Of a stretch of DNA of 32,000 bases, positions 1-7,426 are shown one piece after another. Source of the stretch: an archaeon (GTDB lineage Archaea > Asgardarchaeota > Thorarchaeia > Thorarchaeales > Thorarchaeaceae); NCBI GenBank assembly GCA_024275415.1, contig JAJRZD010000082.1:30001-62000 (forward strand), written 5' to 3'. The stretch's first letter is position 1. Every line of letters starts with the position of its first letter. Both the position numbers and the translations under genes were made by a program. The notes below the pieces were generated by a model that ran no database searches, had not been told where the DNA came from, and saw nothing but the letters and a program-made list of their open reading frames with translations.

Positions 1-2
1 TG

Positions 3-1616
3 GCAAGCGATGCCATGTTCAGCATAGCATATACTGGACTGAAGGCTGGATGTGTGGTCATAATGGCTGACGACCCCTATGCACACTCATCCCAGTCTGA
101 GCAAGACTCACGATACTTTGGCGAGGCCGCATATGTCCCGTTGATTGAACCAGCGAACTCGCAAGAAGCCTATGAGATGGTGAAATGGGCCTTTGAGGTT
201 TCCGAGAAATACAGGACTCTCGTGCTTTTGCGGACGACAACACGTGTGAATCATGCCCGTTCTATGACTCAGCTTGGCGACATGAACCGTACACCGTTCG
301 AACGCAAGAAATGGAAAGATGTCAAGGACCAATATTTCACGGTTGGAGCGGTGGCCCGAGAATTGAAGATTAAACTGCTCAAGAAACGAGAAGCGATGAA
401 AGAGCAATTCGAGAACTCCCAGTTCAACAAAATCGACGAGGGTGAGGGGGAAACAGGCATTATCACATCAGGCGTCTGTTATCTCCACACGAAAGAGGCA
501 ATGAGAAACCTCGGTGTGAGCCTACCAGTCCTGAAGATAGGAACCATCAACCCGCTTCCTGAGAGCAAAATATCGAGGTTCATGAAAGACCTAGATACTG
601 TCATCATTGTCGAGGAACTCTCACCATATCTGGAAACGCGGATTACTGCCCTTGCCAAGGATGTGAATCCGTCACTCAGGATCGTCGGCAAACGAGATGG
701 CTCTTTCTCTGAAGCACTGGAATATAATGTGCCAATCGTAGAGAAGGTAATTGCAACGACCCTCGGAGTCGATACGTCAGTTGATTATAATAGGTATCTA
801 GAACGAGCGGCTGAACTGAAAAGGGATCTTCCCGAAAGAGTGCCGGTGTTCTGTCCGGGGTGCCCCCACAGAGGCACACTCTGGGCATTCAGACAGGCAT
901 TGACTAGGCTCCGGATCCGTGATGATATTGTTTTCAACAATGATATCGGGTGCTACTCGATGGCTTTCTTGCCACCAAATGAGTTCAGCGATTCCATGCT
1001 TGCTATGGGCGCTAGCTTGGGTATCTCAGCCGGGATGAGTCTGGTTCTAGAGGACAAGGTCATTGCGATGGTCGGGGACTCGACTCTCTATCATGCAGCA
1101 CTCCCTGGCATCGTCAATCTCATCCATCATAACTCGAACGTGACGTTGTTCGTGCTGGATAACTCAGTCACCGCGATGACAGGGCAGCAATACAATCCGA
1201 ATACGCCATTTGATGCAGGAGGGAGAAGTGCTCGCAAGATCGACATGGACAAATTGTTCGAGGCACTAGGAGCTGACAGCGTCACAGTGATTGACCCTTA
1301 CCAGACAAGAGATTGCATTGACCCTATCAAGGAGGCTATCGGACGTGATGGGTTCAACGTCATCATCTCAAGGCGAGAGTGTGCTCTCTATGGTGATAGG
1401 CTAAAGAAGAGCAGGGGCGAGAGGATCCCTCGCAGTGAGAATGACAAGGAAACGTGCCGAAACATCTACGCGTGTGTGAAGGAGTTCTATTGTCCAGCCA
1501 TAACCATTGATGAGTCGGACTACAAGATCATGATCATGGAAACACTTTGCGATGGGTGTCTTGAATGCAGACAGGTGTGCCCAGTGGACGCACCAAGGCA
1601 CATTGTAGGAAGGTGA
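3..1616 (+). CDS. iorA: Indolepyruvate:ferredoxin oxidoreductase alpha subunit (5'-truncated by window edge)
   Basis: Frame is open from base 3. Motifs ADDPYAHSSQSEQDSR, FCPGCPHR, DIGCY, TPP-binding GDSTLYH...DNSVTAMTG, and a C-terminal ferredoxin-like Cys cluster (CDGCLECRQVCP). iorB follows directly. Confidence 0.93.
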   Translation, partial: ASDAMFSIAYTGLKAGCVVIMADDPYAHSSQSEQDSRYFGEAAYVPLIEPANSQEAYEMVKWAFEVSEKYRTLVLLRTTTRVNHARSMTQLGDMNRTPFERKKWKDVKDQYFTVGAVARELKIKLLKKREAMKEQFENSQFNKIDEGEGETGIITSGVCYLHTKEAMRNLGVSLPVLKIGTINPLPESKISRFMKDLDTVIIVEELSPYLETRITALAKDVNPSLRIVGKRDGSFSEALEYNVPIVEKVIATTLGVDTSVDYNRYLERAAELKRDLPERVPVFCPGCPHRGTLWAFRQALTRLRIRDDIVFNNDIGCYSMAFLPPNEFSDSMLAMGASLGISAGMSLVLEDKVIAMVGDSTLYHAALPGIVNLIHHNSNVTLFVLDNSVTAMTGQQYNPNTPFDAGGRSARKIDMDKLFEALGADSVTVIDPYQTRDCIDPIKEAIGRDGFNVIISRRECALYGDRLKKSRGERIPRSENDKETCRNIYACVKEFYCPAITIDESDYKIMIMETLCDGCLECRQVCPVDAPRHIVGR

Positions 1617-1621
1617 TCACA

Positions 1622-2245
1622 ATGGAAAAGACATACAACATCCTATTTGCAGGCGTTGGTGGACAAGGACTCATGCTTCTGTCAGCAGTGCTGGGGAAAG
1701 CCGCTGTCGATGCAGGTCTTGATGTGATGACTGGAGAAACCCATGGTCTAGCACAACGGAGCGGTTCCATATACGTACACTTCAGGATTGGTAAGCCGAT
1801 TTCACCTTTGATCCCATACGGAAGTGCAGACATGTTGATTGCGATGGAAGCGACCGAGGCACTACGGTACATCGAGTATCTGAAGGATGACGGGGTGGTC
1901 ATCATGAGTAAGAACATCATGCATCCTGTCGCAGAAACAAAAGCAGTCGCCCTTGATAAGACCCGTAAGACGAAATACTACACGCTTTCAGCAGTCGAGG
2001 AACAGTTGAGGAAAGTGACCAGTAGGGTCATAGCTCTTGACTCGCTGGGACTTGCCATTCAGGCTGGGAACGCTCGCACCGAGAATTCTGTTCTCATTGG
2101 TGCTGCTGCCGCATGTCCAGATTTCCCAATCTCATCAGAGGATCTTAAGAACGCAGTTCTTTCATTAGTCCCTCCAAAAACGCGAGATGCAAATGCAAAA
2201 GCCTTCGAACTTGGGACTGAAGCTGGCACGGCATGTCTACAATAG
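1622..2245 (+). CDS. iorB: Indolepyruvate:ferredoxin oxidoreductase beta subunit
   Basis: AGVGGQG, ETHGLAQRSGS, N-V-L-I-G-A and NAKAFELG motifs. ATG at 1622 follows a GGTGA RBS, 5 nt after the iorA stop. Confidence 0.92.
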   Translation: MEKTYNILFAGVGGQGLMLLSAVLGKAAVDAGLDVMTGETHGLAQRSGSIYVHFRIGKPISPLIPYGSADMLIAMEATEALRYIEYLKDDGVVIMSKNIMHPVAETKAVALDKTRKTKYYTLSAVEEQLRKVTSRVIALDSLGLAIQAGNARTENSVLIGAAAACPDFPISSEDLKNAVLSLVPPKTRDANAKAFELGTEAGTACLQ

Positions 2246-2520
2246 ACAGGGACTCCGAACGGATATCCTTCACGACCAAAGCTGTGTGGTACTGCCGCTA
2301 ACACAGTGGGAAACCTCTCTGAAGTATGGCAGCCCACAGGTATCCACAAAGGAGAACCATGCAAGATGACAAATAGAAGTAGGCAAGCTAGATTCAATCT
2401 CTATCAAGGGAAGGAATGGGCTTGCCAATTCTTTGTGGTCTAGTCACAAATTAATATTCATGTTGGAGAGTTGCCCACATTCAGGGGACCTGGGCAAGCA
2501 TGTATTAGTAAGACAAGCGT

Positions 2521-2772
2521 TCACTCATCCGCACTCTGGTCTTTCTCGCCCCATACACGACCAAATACTGCAAGCGTAAGAACCAATTCGGAACCATGTA
2601 CTCTCTGTGCGATGTACTCGATGCTTTCTGAAATCGTATCCTCATGGTCCCATGCTTCATATGCTAGTCTGAGAATGTCCTCGAACCTGTTCTCCGGGAT
2701 CCCGAAGGCGTCCGTAAGCTTCTCCACATCATGATTCACGACAGTTAGGGTGCCAAGATCATATATCGGCAT
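2521..2772 (-). CDS. Small acidic hypothetical protein (83 aa)
   Basis: ATG start, protein-like helical composition, fills an otherwise empty gap, and shares an AT-rich TATA-like spacer (about 2800-2810) with the divergent flavoprotein gene. Confidence 0.6.
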   Translation of the reverse strand: MPIYDLGTLTVVNHDVEKLTDAFGIPENRFEDILRLAYEAWDHEDTISESIEYIAQRVHGSELVLTLAVFGRVWGEKDQSADE

Positions 2773-2899
2773 GGTTATCAGCTACGACTCTACATTGCTG
2801 AATATATAACTTAGTTTACGACAAATCCCTTCGAGGACTCACAACTCGAACAGAGAAGTTATTAGAAACATGATAGGAATCGCTCAGGGCGAAGATCGA

Positions 2900-3964
2900 A
2901 TGCCGGACAAGAAACTCTTTGACACTATCATCATTGGTGGCGGGCCTGCCGGTTGTGCAGCTGCGCTTCACCTTGCATATCACAAAAGAAAGGTGCTCGT
3001 GCTTGACCGCGGCACGAGTCCCATGCACTTCCATACTAACACGATAATGAACTTCCCATCCCTAGCTACATATTCGGAAGGTAGAACACTTCTCAGGCAG
3101 CTTCAAGGTGTGGCAAAATCTGCTGGTGCCCAGTTCAAAGAGGCGAATGTAGTCAGGGTGTCTGGGGCATATCCGGAATTCAAAGTCGAAACGGCTAGGA
3201 GTTATCGCACGAGGGACGAGTCAACCTATCTTGCTAGAACCCTTGTCTTCGCCACGGGCACCTCTAGGAAGCATCCGAGGGTCAAAGGGCAATGGCGGAA
3301 TTGGCTTCCTGTCGCAAATGTCGGGAATGGGGCATTTTACTGCCCTGACTGCGAAGCCCCGCTGTGTAAAGACAAAGAGGTACTGGTGGTCAATGTGGGG
3401 ACAGTCGGAAGTGCTCTGCATGTCGCCAATTCACTGACTCGATTCACTGACAAAATCAAGATCCTGATGACCGAGGATGCATACATACCATTCGAAGGTC
3501 AAGACCTTTCCAGGCTCGAAAACTCTCCTTTTGAGTGGACTCGTGGGAAGATAAAAGAGGTAGAGTTCCCTGTTCCGGGAAGATTGCAACGTGTTGTCCT
3601 TGAGTCAGGGGAAGTCTTACAGGCAGAGGTCTTCTTCGTTGCATTTGTTGCCACACCCCGCTCAGAAGTCGCACAGACTATCGGAGTCGATGTGGACGAT
3701 AAGGGGAACATTATCACCGACCACAGGGGAAAGACGAATATAGAAGGTGTATGGGCAGCTGGGGATTGTAGACCTATCACGCAGCAGATAGCCATGGCCA
3801 CAGGTACTGGGAATTATGCTGCGCTTATGATCAATCAGTTCTTGGGCAATGAGTACGAACACGAGGAAACATTTGACCATCCTGAATGCCGTGCGGCCTT
3901 GCATACAAAAGACATCCCTTCTGCCGAGTCAGAGGATACAGCATCCAAAGTCGAGTTCTCCTAG
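2900..3964 (+). CDS. Thioredoxin-reductase-like FAD-dependent disulfide oxidoreductase (alternative start 2870)
   Basis: IIIGGGPAG FAD motif, ATG motif (FATGT), redox CxxC (YCPDCEA), C-terminal TNIEGVWAAGDC and QQIAMATGTG. The canonical NADPH motif is altered. Confidence 0.85.
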   Translation: MPDKKLFDTIIIGGGPAGCAAALHLAYHKRKVLVLDRGTSPMHFHTNTIMNFPSLATYSEGRTLLRQLQGVAKSAGAQFKEANVVRVSGAYPEFKVETARSYRTRDESTYLARTLVFATGTSRKHPRVKGQWRNWLPVANVGNGAFYCPDCEAPLCKDKEVLVVNVGTVGSALHVANSLTRFTDKIKILMTEDAYIPFEGQDLSRLENSPFEWTRGKIKEVEFPVPGRLQRVVLESGEVLQAEVFFVAFVATPRSEVAQTIGVDVDDKGNIITDHRGKTNIEGVWAAGDCRPITQQIAMATGTGNYAALMINQFLGNEYEHEETFDHPECRAALHTKDIPSAESEDTASKVEFS

Positions 3965-3993
3965 AGCGTTCTGGGAGAAACCTCCGGGAGAAG

Positions 3994-4641
3994 TCACATT
4001 AATGGAAACAGTTGACTTGTTCGACTCATGTACTCCTCATAGACCTCTCCGAATATGACAAGCATTGCGGCCTCTTCAGCTGCTATCTGACGACGGACAG
4101 CCAGCCATCCGAGAGCGACGACCCCAAGGAGCAAGAATCCGGTCGCAAGGAAAAGGGATACGTTCAAGATTATGTATGCAAAGTACATGGGATGCCTGAC
4201 AATTCGATACGGACCTCCCGTAGCCAGTACGTATCTGTTTGGGATGGGGAAACTAAGGGGAATATAATTGACATTATAGTACATGACCGAAATCCCCCAC
4301 ACCATCTGTGCCCAGATGCCTACAAGTCCGACCCAGTTCAACCAAGTCGGCAAGCTGATGGCCAAATAAGGCGCGGTTTCACTCCAGAAACCAAGAAGAA
4401 CCAAGGTGACATACAGTATCCCGACAACGATAGAACCTGACATCGCAAAGACTACACCCACTTTCGCCCATCGGGGACTCGCGAGGTCTATTACAGTACC
4501 CTCTCGTTCTTTGACCACAGAACCATTAGGTAGGCGATCCCCTCTGAAACGAAGTACAACAGGGAGCACGAGTCCGAAAACGAACACGGCTCCCACGAAA
4601 CCAAGTGTGATTGTTTCTGCTTCTAATATGACTCTCACCAA
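3994..4641 (-). CDS. Isoprenylcysteine carboxyl methyltransferase / PEMT family membrane methyltransferase
   Basis: Several TM segments, GPYRIVRHPMY signature, and a C-terminal EE...FGEVYEEY...LFP pattern. TTG start. Confidence 0.85.
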   Translation of the reverse strand: MVRVILEAETITLGFVGAVFVFGLVLPVVLRFRGDRLPNGSVVKEREGTVIDLASPRWAKVGVVFAMSGSIVVGILYVTLVLLGFWSETAPYLAISLPTWLNWVGLVGIWAQMVWGISVMYYNVNYIPLSFPIPNRYVLATGGPYRIVRHPMYFAYIILNVSLFLATGFLLLGVVALGWLAVRRQIAAEEAAMLVIFGEVYEEYMSRTSQLFPLM

Positions 4642-4698
4642 CCTGGGAATTACTCATGAATAGAGCTCATAGTGCTGTGTAGAACAACAAACTGACAT

Positions 4699-6714
4699 TC
4701 ACTTTCCACTTGAAGCCTCTGACGGGGTCTCCGAAATCTCCGGTATTCCTGTACTCACTGAAGACAAACGCATGGCATTCGCAATCACAGCCAGTGTCAG
4801 CCCCATGTCACCCAAAGCGACAGCAAGCCAGAGAGTTATGACACCTGGGAATACAAGGACTGCAAGCGAGAGTTTCAGCACAATCGATGTAATAGTGTTC
4901 TGCTTGACAATTCGCATCGTCTTCTTGCTCAGCTTGATGAGATATGGGATCTTGGAAACATCATCGTTCATGAGAACGATATCAGCAGTTTCAAGTGCCA
5001 CATCGCTACCAATCGCACCCATCGCGATGCCCACACTAGCCTTAGCCAGAGCAGGAGCATCATTGACCCCGTCGCCTACCATCGCCACGGATCCACTCGG
5101 ATTGGACAAAGATTGGATCATGGTCACTTTGTCTTGGGGCAAAAGTTCTGCGCGATACTCGTCCACACCAGTCTGCTCGGCGATTGCCTGTGCAGTCCTC
5201 TGGTTATCACCTGTGAGCATGGCTGTCCTGATTCCCATCTTCCTTAGCTCAGAAACCGTATCCCGTGAATCAGGTCGCACTCGGTCACCCAATGCGACAA
5301 GTCCTATGACACCAGTTTCGTCGCCCACGAAGATGACAGTATTCCCTTTGTTCTCGAGTTCTTGGGCGCGGTTTTCGATTGATGTGCTTATCGGGAAACG
5401 AAGATCCTCAGAGAGAGTCCTGTTGCCTACAAAGAATTGCTTCTCATCAATCGAGCCCACAACTCCTTTACCTCGGACAGCGGAAAAATTGTCAACTTGC
5501 TTGAATGTTATTCCTTTCTCTTGTGCCATCGTAACAATAGCCTTTGCGATCGGGTGTTCAGACATCAACTCTAAAGATGCTGCAACCGTCAGCACATCTT
5601 CAGGAGATGCATCGATTGGGATCACGTCGGTCACCGCAAGCTTTCCTTCGGTCAGTGTCCCAGTCTTATCAAAAGCGAACATCTTCACTCGGCTGACTTC
5701 TTCCACGTAGGTACTCCCTTTGATGAGAACCCCATTCCGAGCACCACTGGTGATTCCAGAAACCATGGCTACGGGAGTCGAGATGACCATGGCACAAGGA
5801 CAGGACACGACCAATAGGACTAATGCCCTATAGATCCACTCCTCAGCAGGTAAACCGAATACCAGAGTTGGCACAGAGGCCACTATGACCGCCAGCACCA
5901 GCACCAAGGGGGTGTAATATCTGGCAAACTTGTCGATGAACTTCTCAGTCGGAGACCTAGCCTTCTGGGATTCTGCTACCAGCTTGACAATCTTTGAGAG
6001 GACGGTCTCATCCGACAGTCTGGTCACGATGACCTCCAAGTACCCTTCGTTGTTGATCGTGCCTGCATATACCTCATCCCCGATCGCTTTGTTTACTGGT
6101 TTCGACTCTCCAGTGATGGGGGCTTGGTTCAACGTCGATGCCCCACTCATGACAGTCCCATCAAGTGGTACTCGCTCTCCCGGCCTGATGATGATGATAT
6201 CGTCAATCTTGACATCATGGACATGAAGGGTCATCTCAGTCCCATTCCTACGTACCACTGCCACATCAGGTGCAAGTTTGAGGAGTGCTGCTATGGAATT
6301 CTTTGCCCTGTCGCTGGAATGATCTTCGAGGAACTCAGCTACGTAGAAAAGGAAGATCACAGCCGCCCCTTCTTCTCCATGACCAATGAGAAAGCTGCCC
6401 ACTGACGCGATGGTCACGAGAAAATTGATGTTCAGTTGTCTTCGAAAGAGGAGTGCCTTCAACCCCGCCTTGGCGATACTGAAACCTGCGATGGCTGCTG
6501 TGACCATGTACACCATCTCAGCCGCAAGCTGCAAATCGAGGACTAGCTCCAAAACCAACCCGATTACGAGAAGAACCGAGGTGACCCCTATCAGCACAAT
6601 CCTCCTGTCTTTTCTTACAGGAGTGGCTTCTTCAGAGTAGTCCACCTGACACGAAGAACAGTAGGGTGTCTGGGTCTCACTGTGTTCATGTGATGACTTG
6701 TCATTGTTCGTCAA
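4699..6714 (-). CDS. Heavy-metal translocating P1B-type ATPase (P1B-2, Zn/Cd/Pb-like)
   Basis: TGES, CPC in the TM helix, DKTGTLT phosphorylation site, SEHP, MLTGD and GDGVNDAP. TM7 Lys and TM8 DMG fit P1B-2. Short N-terminal His/CxxC metal-binding tail. Confidence 0.93.
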   Translation of the reverse strand: MTNNDKSSHEHSETQTPYCSSCQVDYSEEATPVRKDRRIVLIGVTSVLLVIGLVLELVLDLQLAAEMVYMVTAAIAGFSIAKAGLKALLFRRQLNINFLVTIASVGSFLIGHGEEGAAVIFLFYVAEFLEDHSSDRAKNSIAALLKLAPDVAVVRRNGTEMTLHVHDVKIDDIIIIRPGERVPLDGTVMSGASTLNQAPITGESKPVNKAIGDEVYAGTINNEGYLEVIVTRLSDETVLSKIVKLVAESQKARSPTEKFIDKFARYYTPLVLVLAVIVASVPTLVFGLPAEEWIYRALVLLVVSCPCAMVISTPVAMVSGITSGARNGVLIKGSTYVEEVSRVKMFAFDKTGTLTEGKLAVTDVIPIDASPEDVLTVAASLELMSEHPIAKAIVTMAQEKGITFKQVDNFSAVRGKGVVGSIDEKQFFVGNRTLSEDLRFPISTSIENRAQELENKGNTVIFVGDETGVIGLVALGDRVRPDSRDTVSELRKMGIRTAMLTGDNQRTAQAIAEQTGVDEYRAELLPQDKVTMIQSLSNPSGSVAMVGDGVNDAPALAKASVGIAMGAIGSDVALETADIVLMNDDVSKIPYLIKLSKKTMRIVKQNTITSIVLKLSLAVLVFPGVITLWLAVALGDMGLTLAVIANAMRLSSVSTGIPEISETPSEASSGK

Positions 6715-6787
6715 TGGTATTCACTGCTAAGAATATCTAATCCATTGTGTTATTATAGTAGTGCTAGGAAAACCACAGTTCTTAGGA

Positions 6788-6820
6788 ATTGTTATTAACA
6801 ATGTGGCTCTTTCTTAATAA
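6788..6820. promoter_or_regulatory. Candidate operator(s) in the divergent ATPase/nikR promoter
   Basis: 15-bp inverted repeat ATTGTTA-T-TAACAAT (6788-6802), plus TTATTA-N17-TAATAA (6792-6820), a widely spaced dyad reminiscent of NikR operators. Confidence 0.3.
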
Positions 6821-6830
6821 TGGTGACTAC

Positions 6831-7253
6831 ATGCCGATAGTAAGCATCTCTCTCACAAGCGAGTTACTGAAAAAACTGGATGACATCATGGAAGCGAGAG
6901 GGTTCTCAAGTCGGTCGGAGGCAATCCGTGATGCCATCCGGAACTCGATCTCAGAGTTCGAACTAAGCAAATTCGAAGAAGGCAACGTCACATCCACTAT
7001 AACCATCATCTCGAACAACTCATTGCATAATGTGGACGAGCAACTGATGCGGTTCAGGCATGAGAATGACGACATCGTTTCAGGCAATCTTCACATTCAT
7101 CTTGGCTCAATATGCTGCCTTGACATCTTCATCACCGAAGGCGAAGCCACTAGAGTGCTTGACTTCATCAGCAAGATCCGTGCGATGCGAGGAATCCAAC
7201 AGGTGGCCTATACGATCATGCCGTTGACCTCGCCTACTCAGGGATGTAAATGA
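6831..7253 (+). CDS. nikR: Nickel-responsive ribbon-helix-helix regulator NikR
   Basis: N-terminal RHH (MPIVSISL...SRSEAIRDAIR) and an ACT-like domain retaining all four NikR ligands (RHE; HIH; C six residues after the second His). GGTGA RBS before ATG 6831. Confidence 0.88.
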   Translation: MPIVSISLTSELLKKLDDIMEARGFSSRSEAIRDAIRNSISEFELSKFEEGNVTSTITIISNNSLHNVDEQLMRFRHENDDIVSGNLHIHLGSICCLDIFITEGEATRVLDFISKIRAMRGIQQVAYTIMPLTSPTQGCK

Positions 7254-7426
7254 CCAATCCCTAAAACGCGCGTTACATAACTCTTGACCATTCTCTTGTT
7301 TCATGGGACCAGCATGAAAAGTCCCAACTAGGTGTCATAAGATTGATGACAACAAAGACCGAGGTGTTGTGATCCTGATACGCAATCGTTCATGCCTCCT
7401 TCAAACAAACCAACTCTTCGCACAGA

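Noticed and set aside
2282-2340. Interlocking 5-6 bp stems after iorB as a ribozyme or riboswitch
   Set aside because: The stems are short enough to arise by chance, and I found no convincing match to twister, HDV or riboswitch consensus sequences.
4772-5710. Long antisense ORFs in the track (also 10101-10748, 13387-14049, 21958-22608 and others)
   Set aside because: They lie opposite well-supported genes and have no motifs; these are shadow frames.
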